Below, one piece after another: positions 8,543 through 17,213 of a stretch of DNA of 64,000 nucleotides. The DNA is from Candidatus Nanoarchaeia archaeon (GTDB lineage Archaea; Nanobdellota; Nanobdellia; Woesearchaeales; ARS49). The stretch covers positions 1,993-65,992 of the forward strand of contig JBGPSD010000003.1 of the NCBI GenBank assembly GCA_041489925.1, read 5' to 3'. The translations under genes were made by a program, and so were the position numbers. Numbering within the stretch: position 1 is the stretch's first letter; every line of letters begins with the position of its first letter. The notes under the pieces are model-generated. The model was not told where the DNA came from and made no database searches. It worked only from the letters and a program-made list of their open reading frames with translations.

Positions 8543-9099
8543 AGCGGGCAATAATTGTCCACGGCTGGTCAGACACCCCTGAAGGCTCATGGTTCCCCTG
8601 GCTGAAAAGAAAACTGGAAGAAAAAGGAATGAAAGTTGAAGTGCCGGCAATGCCTGACACAGACATTCCGAAAATTGACGCCTGGGTGAAAAAGCTGGAA
8701 GAAACCATCGGCAAGCCTGACAAGGACACTTTTCTCGTCGGACACAGCATTGGCTGCCAGGCAATAATGCGCTATCTGGAAAAAACCAGCGCAAAAGTGG
8801 GCGGTATCCTGTTTGTCGCAGGCTGGTTCACTTTGAAAGGGCTTGGAAATGATGAAAAGATTGTTGCAAAGCCCTGGCTGGAAACACCAATCAACACAGA
8901 CAAAGTCAAAAACGCAGCAAAGATAATTGCAATTTTCTGCGACGATGACCCTTATGTGCAGGTAAGCGAGGCAGAAACCTTCAAGAAGCGCCTCAATGCT
9001 GAAACAATCACAGTTACAGGCAAAGGCCACTTCTCAGGCGAATACGGAGTCACAGAACTTCCAGAAGCCCTCGATGCATTCCTAAAGCTCAGTCGCTAA
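8539..9099 (+). CDS. RBBP9/YdeN-family alpha/beta serine hydrolase
   Basis: IIVHGW..WFPWL, nucleophile elbow GHSIG, DDPYV, GHFS. Confidence 0.9.
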   Translation: MKRAIIVHGWSDTPEGSWFPWLKRKLEEKGMKVEVPAMPDTDIPKIDAWVKKLEETIGKPDKDTFLVGHSIGCQAIMRYLEKTSAKVGGILFVAGWFTLKGLGNDEKIVAKPWLETPINTDKVKNAAKIIAIFCDDDPYVQVSEAETFKKRLNAETITVTGKGHFSGEYGVTELPEALDAFLKLSR

Positions 9100-9307
9100 A
9101 AAGGTCTTCAAATTCTTTTATCTTGCGACGTGCCTTTCCAGCATATATCGCCTCGAGCCAGTGCTGTTTGTCTTTCTTGCTGGCTTTTCTCCAGATGTGC
9201 TGGGCAAGGATAAAACGAGCAAGTGCAGACACGGCAATTTCTTTTTTCTTGGCTTCTTTCTTAAGCGCGTTAAGAATTTCAGGCGGCAAACTTGTGTATA
9301 GCCTCAT
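9089..9307 (-). CDS. Small ribbon-helix-helix-like DNA-binding protein
   Basis: RLYTSLPPEILNALKKEAKKKEIAVSALARFIL fits the RHH pattern; follows the upstream lipoprotein stop by 2 nt. Confidence 0.5.
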   Translation of the reverse strand: MRLYTSLPPEILNALKKEAKKKEIAVSALARFILAQHIWRKASKKDKQHWLEAIYAGKARRKIKEFEDLFSD

Positions 9308-9309
9308 TT

Positions 9310-10176
9310 TCAGTAAATCGGCTTGTAGAATGCCTCATTCGGGGAAATCTGGTCCCTTGACCTGTGGATGACATCCTCTGGCTTTGCGCGGTTTATCACG
9401 AGGTTGTCGAAATCATACGTCTCAAGCGGTCCCTTTACAACGCGTATCGGCAGTCCTGCTGCAGGGAAGAAGAACATTTCAATTCCGTCCTTGAACGCAA
9501 CGCGCGTTGTCTCTACGCTGTTAAGGAAGTATTTCTCGTGCTCCTCGTCTCCGACGGCAAGGCGCAGGTATTCTGTCAGCCAGTCATCAGGCATCTTTAT
9601 CACAAATTCATCGTATGAAAGGTTGAATGCCTTGTCCATCAGCTTCAGGCTGTCACATTCCCTTCTGACTTCATCGGCAAACCCAAAGCAGTATCCTGTG
9701 GCGGTCTTATCAGTACGGTCAAAAATAAGCTCGTCAACAAAAATCTCAGGATACCTCACTGCAGAAAGGACAATACCGCGCTTGTTAATCGCGTTTCTTG
9801 GCAGATATCTGATTTTGTCGCCGCGCACATAGAACGTGCCCTTTGAAGTCTTGAACTGGTAAGAGTCAATTGTTTTGTAAGTATTCATCATGTCGCCGAC
9901 AACTGTTGTCCTGTTTCGCTGTGGAAGCGGCGCTGGATGTGAAATTGCCTCAACAATCCTCTCTTCTTCTGCCTTGATTACCTGCTCTTTTACAGTGTCA
10001 TCAAGCACCTGCTTTCTTTCAACCTGCACTTCCCCCCTGTCAATAACCACAGGCTCAGAAGGCGCTGCAACAACAGGCTCAGAGACTGTCTCGTTTGGCA
10101 CTGCCGGCGCCTGCTCCTGCGGGGCGCCGCAGGCTACAAGCATCAAAAGAACAAACAATGCAAGCAGTTTCCTCAT
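9310..10176 (-). CDS. Lipoprotein, paralog of 10210-11004, possible LolA-like fold
   Basis: Lipobox MLVAC, Pro-rich linker, beta-rich domain ending FFPAAGLPIRV; N-glycosylation sequons NET, NRT, NLS. Confidence 0.75.
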   Translation of the reverse strand: MRKLLALFVLLMLVACGAPQEQAPAVPNETVSEPVVAAPSEPVVIDRGEVQVERKQVLDDTVKEQVIKAEEERIVEAISHPAPLPQRNRTTVVGDMMNTYKTIDSYQFKTSKGTFYVRGDKIRYLPRNAINKRGIVLSAVRYPEIFVDELIFDRTDKTATGYCFGFADEVRRECDSLKLMDKAFNLSYDEFVIKMPDDWLTEYLRLAVGDEEHEKYFLNSVETTRVAFKDGIEMFFFPAAGLPIRVVKGPLETYDFDNLVINRAKPEDVIHRSRDQISPNEAFYKPIY

Positions 10177-10209
10177 ATTCAATCAACTCTCTCTTCTATT
10201 ATATTAATT

Positions 10210-11004
10210 TTACTCAGGAACCATCTTTTCGTTGAATCCCAGCGAGTTTCTTGAAAGCCTTTCGTAATGGTATTCAATGCCATTGTCAACAACAGCCACA
10301 GGAAGCCCGAATGAAGGGTCAATGTAAACGTCAACTGTCCTTGTCTGGGATATGTGCTTAAGGTGCACTGTTGTGCGGTCAGTTGCGAGCTTTGGAGCAT
10401 TAGCAACAGTCATGAAAAGGTTCTGGTACTCAACAAGCCAGTCCTCTGGCAGCGGAATCTTTACCTGCACGTATGGCATTGCGAACTTCTTGCCAAGCAC
10501 GTTCTGCTGTATGCACTGCCTCTTGATGTTGTCATCGCGGCCCTCACACACTCCGACTGCGGTGCGGTTCTCAAGGTCAAGGTAAATCGTGTCAATGAAC
10601 GGCGCGTGGTAAATGTTCTCCAGTACCCTGAATGGTATTATCTTTGCCCTCTTGCCCTCAACAAACCACTGGTCTGTCTTGTAATTGAACTTGTAATTCT
10701 TTGCCTCCTTCCTGAATATTACCTGATACTTAGCGATGCTTGGAGGGGCTTCTGGCTGCCTCTCATAAAATGATTTTTCTGTCTCATTTTCCTCAACAGG
10801 CTGAATAACAGGAGGCTGAACAACAGCAGGAGCTGTCACGTTTTCCTCAGGAGGATGCTCAACAAGAATATTAGGATTTGCAGCAGGCTGGGGCGCTGGA
10901 ATCGCCTGCTCAGAAGGCGTGACAGGCACGTCCTCAATAACAACAGGCTTGCAGGCTGCAAGAACAATGACAGCCAGCATTGCTATAATTAGTCCCCAAC
11001 GCAT
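10210..11004 (-). CDS. Lipoprotein, paralog of 9310-10176, possible LolA-like fold
   Basis: Lipobox VLAAC; shares the F.D....D...TA.G.C.G...C..P.DWL.EY and GLP motifs with its neighbour. Confidence 0.75.
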   Translation of the reverse strand: MRWGLIIAMLAVIVLAACKPVVIEDVPVTPSEQAIPAPQPAANPNILVEHPPEENVTAPAVVQPPVIQPVEENETEKSFYERQPEAPPSIAKYQVIFRKEAKNYKFNYKTDQWFVEGKRAKIIPFRVLENIYHAPFIDTIYLDLENRTAVGVCEGRDDNIKRQCIQQNVLGKKFAMPYVQVKIPLPEDWLVEYQNLFMTVANAPKLATDRTTVHLKHISQTRTVDVYIDPSFGLPVAVVDNGIEYHYERLSRNSLGFNEKMVPE

Positions 11005-11056
11005 GCGTTTTGGCAGTAAGGCAGGATTTATAAATCTACGCATCTCCTCGCACGCC

Positions 11057-11491
11057 ATGCCAAAGGAGGAGAAAAGCGCAGGAGTTGTGATTTTCAGGCG
11101 CGAAGAAGGTAAAATTCTCTATCTTTTGCTGTTCAAAAAGTACAAGACAGAATACTGGGACCTTGCAAAAGGCCACATTGAGAAGGGCGAGGACCCTATT
11201 GAGACAGCAAAAAGGGAGGCAATGGAAGAGACAGGCATCACAGCCCTCAAATTCATTTCCGGCTTTGAGGAAAAACTCAGCTGGCTGTACAAACTCGAAG
11301 GAAAGCTTATCAGCAAGACAGTGACTTATTACCTTGCTGAAACGCAGGCAAAAGAGGCAAAAATCTCATCAGAACACCTGAAATCAGGCTGGTTCACGCT
11401 TAAAGAGGCAGAAAAGGTATTAAAGCACAAAGATGCAAAGGAGCTTTTGAGGAAAGCGCAGAAATTCCTTGACTCGCATGAAAAACTCTGA
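11057..11491 (+). CDS. Nudix hydrolase, Ap4A hydrolase-like
   Basis: Nudix box GHIEKGEDPIETAKREAMEETGI plus SAGVVIFR and SSEH; start at ATG 11057. Confidence 0.9.
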   Translation: MPKEEKSAGVVIFRREEGKILYLLLFKKYKTEYWDLAKGHIEKGEDPIETAKREAMEETGITALKFISGFEEKLSWLYKLEGKLISKTVTYYLAETQAKEAKISSEHLKSGWFTLKEAEKVLKHKDAKELLRKAQKFLDSHEKL

Positions 11492-13193
11492 AATCGCTGA
11501 CATTTTCTTTGAAATGGCTGACCTGCTGGACATGCAGGGAGTGCAGTGGAAGCCCCGCGCGTACAGGAACGCGGCAAGGGCTGTTGATTCTGCAGAGGAT
11601 GTTGAGATAATCCTGAGAAAAGGCGGAAGAAAAGCCCTTCTTGAAATCCCAGGAGTGGGCGAGGCATTGGCTGACAAGATAATAGAGTATATTGAGACAG
11701 GAAAAGTGAAGGAATACGAGCGCCTGACAGGAAAACTGCCAGAAGGAGTGCACGCAATGATGCACATAATGGGCGTTGGTCCGAAAAAAGCCTGGCGCTT
11801 GTACAAAGAGCTCGGCATCAAGGGCGTTGACCAGCTTGAAAAGGCATGCAAAAAAGGAAAACTAAGAACTCACAAGGGCTTTGGCGAAAAAACAGAGGAA
11901 GACATACTCAAAGGCATAGCAACCCTGAGAACAGGGCAGGAAAGAATCCTCCTCGGAAGGGCGTGGGTTATCAGCCAGGAAATAATTAACCGCCTGAAAA
12001 AGCTGAAGCAAATCAGTGCAATAGAACCCGCAGGCTCATTAAGGAGGATGCAGGAAACAATCGGCGACATAGACATCCTTGTTATCTCGTCAAATCCTGA
12101 AATCGTAATGGACACGTTCATCACAATGCCTGATGTTGTCCGCGTCCTTGCAAAAGGAAGCACAAAGAGCTCTGTCCAGTTGAAAGAGGGCGTTAGCGCA
12201 GATGTCCGCGTGCTTGAGCCAAAGAGCTTTGGCGCTGCACTGCAATACTTCACAGGAAACAAGGAGCACAATATTGCAGTGCGCCAGATTGCGATAAAGA
12301 AAGGCTTGAAGCTAAGCGAGTATGGCGTATTCAGGAAAAACAAGCAAATCGCAGGAAAAACAGAAGAGGAAGTGTACAAAAAGCTCGGTCTTGAATGGAT
12401 TCCTCCTGAATTAAGGCAGAATGCAGGCGAAATAGAGGCTGCAAAAAACAAAAGCCTTCCCAAGCTTGTCAGCTATGACTCAATCAGGGGAGATTTGCAC
12501 ATGCACACCGAATATAGCGACGGTGTTAACACCCCTGAGGAAATGATTCAGGCAGCGATAAAGATGGGCTATGAGTATGTTGCAATCACAGACCACAGCA
12601 AAAGCGAGCACGTAGCTAATGGAATGGAGCCAAAAAGGCTGGTTAAGTATATTGCAGAAATCAACAAGCTGAAAAACAAGTACGCAAACAAAATCCATGT
12701 TCTCTGCGGCTCAGAAGTTGACATTCTTCCTGACGGCTCATTGGATTATTCTGACAAATTATTGAAAGAGCTTGACTGGGTTGTGGGTGCTGTTCATTCG
12801 CGCTTCAAGTCGTCGAAGGAGGAAATGACAAAACGCATCATCACTGCGATTGAAAGCGGAAACATGAATGCGCTTGCCCATCCGACAGGCAGGCTTATCG
12901 GCACAAGGGAGCCTTATGCAGTGGACATTGACAAAGTCATCAAAGCTGCCAAGGAAAACAATGTCGCCTTGGAAATAAACGCATTCCCAGCAAGGCTTGA
13001 CCTGAAAGACACGCACATAAGAATGGCTGTTGAGGCAGGCGCAAAGCTCTGCATTGGCACTGATTCGCACAACACAAACCATCTTCCCCTGATGAGGTTC
13101 GGCATTGCACAGGCAAGGCGGGGCTGGGCAGAGGAAAAAGACATAATTAACACTTTGCCGTGGAAGAAGTTAGAAAAGTATATAAGGCGATAA
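11478..13193 (+). CDS. polX: DNA polymerase X with C-terminal PHP domain
   Basis: AYRNAA, HhH IPGVG, AGSLRR..TIGDIDIL, DVR, YFTGNKEHN; PHP motifs DLHMHT, TDHS, AHPTGR, GTDSH are intact. Confidence 0.95.
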   Translation: MKNSEIADIFFEMADLLDMQGVQWKPRAYRNAARAVDSAEDVEIILRKGGRKALLEIPGVGEALADKIIEYIETGKVKEYERLTGKLPEGVHAMMHIMGVGPKKAWRLYKELGIKGVDQLEKACKKGKLRTHKGFGEKTEEDILKGIATLRTGQERILLGRAWVISQEIINRLKKLKQISAIEPAGSLRRMQETIGDIDILVISSNPEIVMDTFITMPDVVRVLAKGSTKSSVQLKEGVSADVRVLEPKSFGAALQYFTGNKEHNIAVRQIAIKKGLKLSEYGVFRKNKQIAGKTEEEVYKKLGLEWIPPELRQNAGEIEAAKNKSLPKLVSYDSIRGDLHMHTEYSDGVNTPEEMIQAAIKMGYEYVAITDHSKSEHVANGMEPKRLVKYIAEINKLKNKYANKIHVLCGSEVDILPDGSLDYSDKLLKELDWVVGAVHSRFKSSKEEMTKRIITAIESGNMNALAHPTGRLIGTREPYAVDIDKVIKAAKENNVALEINAFPARLDLKDTHIRMAVEAGAKLCIGTDSHNTNHLPLMRFGIAQARRGWAEEKDIINTLPWKKLEKYIRR

Positions 13194-13209
13194 ACAAGGA
13201 GGATAAAAA

Positions 13210-13482
13210 ATGACCTTCAAAGAAGTTCTCAAGAACAAAGTGCCTGCTCATTTGCAGCAGACGCCTGAATTCCCAATAATCATGAAAATGATTCAGGGCG
13301 AGAAAATAACAGGCGCTGAAAGCCTGAGGCACTGGCTTAATGTCGAGATGCAAAAGTGCAAAAACGACCTCAAGGAGTTTGACCAGGCAGGCTCAACAAT
13401 GAACCGCAAGCGCGTGCGCTGCGCAGACAAAATGCAGCTCCTTAACCTCGTCCAGGACAAGATTTTACCTTATGTCAAATGA
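13210..13482 (+). CDS. Hypothetical protein
   Basis: Strong AGGAGG ribosome site; in an operon with polX. Confidence 0.7.
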   Translation: MTFKEVLKNKVPAHLQQTPEFPIIMKMIQGEKITGAESLRHWLNVEMQKCKNDLKEFDQAGSTMNRKRVRCADKMQLLNLVQDKILPYVK

Positions 13483-13820
13483 TTAAGAACATCACCAAAG
13501 ACAAAATTCTCGCGCAAAACTGCAATATCTGCAGGAATTTTCTCACAAGAGGCGTCGGATTGATGTTCAAAAAGAAAATGACTCCCACAGTCCTTGCCTT
13601 CAGAAAGCAAAACACAGCAGCAATCCACACTTATTTTGTAAAACACTACCTTGATGTCCTCTTCCTGAATGACCAGTGGGAAGTCATAGACCTTGTGGAA
13701 GGCCTGCAGCCAAAGAACTTCTACACCCCAAAGCAAAAGGCAATGTTTGTCGTCGAGCTTCCGGAAGGCGCCATAACAAAATCAAAGACTACAATAGGCG
13801 ATGTGATAAACTTTAAATAG
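13479..13820 (+). CDS. DUF192 / UPF0127 family protein
   Basis: RGVGLMF, IHTYFV...LDVLFL, VVELPEG, GDVI. Confidence 0.85.
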   Translation: MIKNITKDKILAQNCNICRNFLTRGVGLMFKKKMTPTVLAFRKQNTAAIHTYFVKHYLDVLFLNDQWEVIDLVEGLQPKNFYTPKQKAMFVVELPEGAITKSKTTIGDVINFK

Positions 13821-13845
13821 AGCACAAGAAGTTATTCTCAATAAC

Positions 13846-13920
13846 GGGAGTGTAGTATAACTTGGCTTAGTATAGGGGCCTCCAGAGCCTCGGATCGGGG
13901 TTCAAATCCCTGCACTCCCA
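13846..13920 (+). tRNA. tRNA-Trp (CCA), intronless, CCA end not encoded
   Basis: Acceptor stem GGGAGTG/CACTCCC + A; anticodon arm GGGGC-CTCCAGA-GCCTC; T-arm CGGGG-TTCAAAT-CCCTG; TTTAAATA box at about 13812-13819. Confidence 0.93.
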
Positions 13921-13921
13921 C

Positions 13922-14578
13922 TTATTTTTTAATGACTTCTGTTAAGCACCCATTCAAGTTTTTTACAATCTGTGCCAGATGACGTTTCTTTTTAGGATGA
14001 TTAAAACCAACAAATTTGGCGTAATTAGCAATGGAATCCCTATAAATGGTAAGATGATACGAAAAGAATTGCCTGCATTTGTAAGGCCCGCGTAGGTTCG
14101 AGTTAATCCCGAATTCGCCCAGTACCTTTTGAACCTGTTTAAGCCCTTTTTCATTGACCATATTGAGCACAATCCTTTTTTGCGGCACAGAAACGTGCGC
14201 TTCATCGTCGAAAAAAGCCTGAAGCCACGCAGTTCTTACTTCACTGCTTGCAGAAATGACTTCTTCTGGAATAAACCACGTGAAAGACTTTAATGCCCCT
14301 AATCTTGTAACCATTTCATAAATCCATTTAGAAGAAACTTCGTATTCATATTTCTTCTTTGGCACCACTTTTCTGTTAAATTCTTTTTTGACGTCATCAG
14401 TAAATTGTTTAATCAAAGCAGGCTCGGTATTTACGTATCGCACATACCATCTTGTTTGAGTTTTCTTCTTTCTTGGATGTGAAATCAGCTCTTTTTCAGA
14501 CCGCTTTTGCTGGTAAACACAAGAATAACCGTCACCAGCAATATGCGCCACAATCCTTGCAAGCTCAGGGCTTATCAT
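13922..14578 (-). CDS. Free-standing two-motif LAGLIDADG endonuclease-like protein
   Basis: Motifs LARIVAHIAGDG and WLQAFFDDEA, then NEKGLKQVQKVLGEFGI and FVGFNHPKK; visibly AT-richer than its neighbours; stop codon 1 nt from the tRNA 3' end. Confidence 0.85.
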   Translation of the reverse strand: MISPELARIVAHIAGDGYSCVYQQKRSEKELISHPRKKKTQTRWYVRYVNTEPALIKQFTDDVKKEFNRKVVPKKKYEYEVSSKWIYEMVTRLGALKSFTWFIPEEVISASSEVRTAWLQAFFDDEAHVSVPQKRIVLNMVNEKGLKQVQKVLGEFGINSNLRGPYKCRQFFSYHLTIYRDSIANYAKFVGFNHPKKKRHLAQIVKNLNGCLTEVIKK

Positions 14579-14673
14579 CCAATTCCAAGAAATCTTCTGC
14601 TTTATAACCCGTGCGCGAGCCTGTCCAGTGACCAGTGTGATTTATTGGCGAGAAAATCCGGAAAGTTTGCGGC

Positions 14674-17145
14674 TTATTCAAGCCCAATCAGCTTCTTTGC
14701 CTGCTTTCTGAAGAATATCAGTGCGAGCACGATAAGGATCAATATTGAGTATCCAAGCACTCGTCCTGCGTTTCTCTTCCACCAGGTTGGAATCCTGTCT
14801 GGCTCAACAACAAGCTCAACAGGGTTGCTCCTGACTATTCCGCCCTTGCCGTCTTCTGCTGTGAACACAACGCGCTCTGTTCCATACCAGCCATAATGCG
14901 GTGTAAGAATTGCGTTGCTGCCTGAGAACATTACCTCAACATTGCTTGTCTGAGTCGAGCTGAATGTCAAAACGTCATTGTCAGGGTCCTTGAAATACTG
15001 GCCCAAATCAAGTGTTTGCTGTGTGTCCTGCTTCCATATCTGCGCAGGGATTCCGATTGTAGGAGTCCTGTTAACCTGCACTATAATCGCGATTGAAATA
15101 AGCGCTATCAACGCAACAATGATGAATATCGTGGGCAAAACCCACTTTGCAAGCCTGCTTTCCTTTTGCGCTTTCTTGCCTGGCTTTCCAACTATTGCGA
15201 ATTCGCCAAGGTTCTCTGCATCTGCAACAAAGTAAACATACTTGTCATCTGTGCTGACAGGCTCTGCGACTATGCTGTTCCACCTGTCTGTGCCAAGGTG
15301 GTAAAGCCTTACTGAGCTTGGCGCAACATTGTGCCTGAGCATCCAGGATTTCCTGACCTTGAACCTTACGCGCACATCAGAGACCATGTCCTTTTCAACA
15401 TTGGCGTCAACCACAAATGTCTGGTAGACGCAGTCTGAATATGGCGGCACAGTCGGCTTGCAGCGCTTTGCTGTCATAACCAGCTTCTCGACGACAGTGT
15501 TGAGCTTGAATGTGACTTCAGCAAGCCCTTTCTTCCACTTGGTCTCAAAGTGCAATACCTTATTGGCAAGTGCAAGCTTCCAGCTCCTGTGCGCAAACTT
15601 GTTCCTTCTTATGCGGTGCAAAATAAGTATGATAAGCAGTACAATTATTCCAAAGATTACTGTCTGGGCGCTGAGCAGCTCGCTGTAAGTCAATCCCAGT
15701 GCGATAACAGCCAAAACAATGAGCAGCAAGACAAACTTCAGGAGCCTCTTTGCAGGTATCCTGAAGCCCTTTACAACTTCATCCTTTGATATGACGAGGT
15801 TTTCCCTGCGAAGCTGTTTTTCATAGTCCTTCTGCGCCCTCTGCCTTTCTTTTTCAATTTCCTTCTGGCGCCTTTCCTCTTCCTTTGCCTCTTCCTCTTC
15901 CTCGCGCTTCTTCTGCTCTTCAAGCGCTTTCTTTTCGTCTTCGCGGGCTTTCTTCTTTGCTTCCTTCTCAATCCTGCGCTGTTCCTTCAAACGCGCCCTT
16001 TCAGCCCTTCTTTCTGCCCTTCTTGCCTTTGACTCAGGCGAATTATAGCTCTTTATGCCCTTTATTACAAGAACCAAAAGAACAATGAGGACAATTATTG
16101 CGAGTATTGTATAAATAAGGTATTCTGCGAACAATTTGTCAGCGAAATTCGGGTTTTTCAAAACAATGCTTAATTCCTTTGTGTATTCCTTTCCTGTTGC
16201 CTCAACTATCGCGGTAAGAACAATAGGATAGCTTCCCTGCGGAGTTGTTTCTGTCGGCTGGATGACCAGCTTTACGTTTTCGCTGTCGCGCGCTGCAATC
16301 GTGACCTGCTCAGGCTGGACTGTGATAAATGTGGCTCCTTCAAGGCGCAAAAGGTAAGTTGTGCTCCTGTCGCCTGTGTTGACAATCTCAAGCTGTGCTT
16401 CCTGTGGCTCAACAACAGCGCGTATCTTGTTGACTCCTGTTGCAATCTCAGGAATGTCTGAATCATTTATGTGCAAATACATCTCTATTTCTGCTGCAAT
16501 TTTGCTTTTCTCGGTTGAAACGCGCAATACAGGAGTGAAGTCGCCTGAGAGTGTGCAGTCCTGTGAATGCACTGTGATTGTGATTGGCGCGTTTTCGCGC
16601 GGCTCAAGTGTGAGTGTTTCGTCGCTAATCGCGGTTTCCTGAGGTGAACCGATGACGTTCAATTTGTATGTCTCTGCAAAATCAGCAGGGTTTGAAAGCG
16701 TAAAGTGGAAGTCTGCAGGCTCGCAGGGCATAATTTCCTTTGAAAACGCGACAGGGGTAAGCAAAAGGTTGTTTGGAGTCTGGACAATTATTTCCTGCGA
16801 GAGCATAAGCTCAAGCTCATTTGTAAGTATTGAAACATCAAGCAATTCATCCTCTGCGTCGCAGGGGATGCTGATAAATTCCTGCACAATCTGGCTCTGG
16901 CCCGGGTTAAGCGCGAATGATTCAGGCGAGAAAGTAACCCATTCCTTTGCATTTCCCTCTGCCACAAGCTCATAAACGCTTGGAACGTCGCCCGAGTTGG
17001 CGACAGTTACCTGCCCCTCTGCAGGGCTGCATGCGAATGTGAGAATCCTTCCTGTTCCTGATGCTGTAAAATCCTCTGCTGCGAGAACTGAAGATATTAC
17101 AAGCAGGAAAACCGCAAACCATGTCCAAACGTTTCTGCTTGTCAT
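14674..17145 (-). CDS. Large multi-pass surface protein: Ig/CARDB-like repeats, coiled coil, PGF-pre-PGF-like domain, cadherin-like Ig domain
   Basis: Signal peptide; repeated N.GD..Y.L..W..P..L.PG; charged coil; VYQTF..VRFKVRKSW..LY..W..YF.A..FAI; LDLGQYFKDPDND.LTF; five further TM segments. Confidence 0.75.
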   Translation of the reverse strand: MTSRNVWTWFAVFLLVISSVLAAEDFTASGTGRILTFACSPAEGQVTVANSGDVPSVYELVAEGNAKEWVTFSPESFALNPGQSQIVQEFISIPCDAEDELLDVSILTNELELMLSQEIIVQTPNNLLLTPVAFSKEIMPCEPADFHFTLSNPADFAETYKLNVIGSPQETAISDETLTLEPRENAPITITVHSQDCTLSGDFTPVLRVSTEKSKIAAEIEMYLHINDSDIPEIATGVNKIRAVVEPQEAQLEIVNTGDRSTTYLLRLEGATFITVQPEQVTIAARDSENVKLVIQPTETTPQGSYPIVLTAIVEATGKEYTKELSIVLKNPNFADKLFAEYLIYTILAIIVLIVLLVLVIKGIKSYNSPESKARRAERRAERARLKEQRRIEKEAKKKAREDEKKALEEQKKREEEEEAKEEERRQKEIEKERQRAQKDYEKQLRRENLVISKDEVVKGFRIPAKRLLKFVLLLIVLAVIALGLTYSELLSAQTVIFGIIVLLIILILHRIRRNKFAHRSWKLALANKVLHFETKWKKGLAEVTFKLNTVVEKLVMTAKRCKPTVPPYSDCVYQTFVVDANVEKDMVSDVRVRFKVRKSWMLRHNVAPSSVRLYHLGTDRWNSIVAEPVSTDDKYVYFVADAENLGEFAIVGKPGKKAQKESRLAKWVLPTIFIIVALIALISIAIIVQVNRTPTIGIPAQIWKQDTQQTLDLGQYFKDPDNDVLTFSSTQTSNVEVMFSGSNAILTPHYGWYGTERVVFTAEDGKGGIVRSNPVELVVEPDRIPTWWKRNAGRVLGYSILILIVLALIFFRKQAKKLIGLE

Positions 17146-17160
17146 TTTGTCTGCTCCAGG

Positions 17161-17204
17161 TGTGCCATGTGGTTCAGCGCAGGGCACAGGAGAAAAAATG
17201 AAAA
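17161..17204 (-). terminator. U-tract followed by hairpin after the S-layer-like gene
   Basis: Minus strand TTTTCATTTTTTCTCC-TGTGCC-N16-GGCACA; archaeal terminators are oligo-T tracts. Confidence 0.4.
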
Positions 17205-17213
17205 CTCACAAGC

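Noticed and set aside
11478-13193. Inactive PolX variant
   Set aside because: The catalytic aspartates (GDID, DVR) and PHP metal ligands are present; ordinary enzyme.
13945-13953. GCACCCA as an att-like copy of the tRNA 3' end (GCACTCCCA)
   Set aside because: Too short and imperfect; no integrase nearby.
13922-14578. Intein or tRNA-intron-encoded endonuclease
   Set aside because: No Hint splicing motifs; the ORF is outside and antisense to a complete tRNA.
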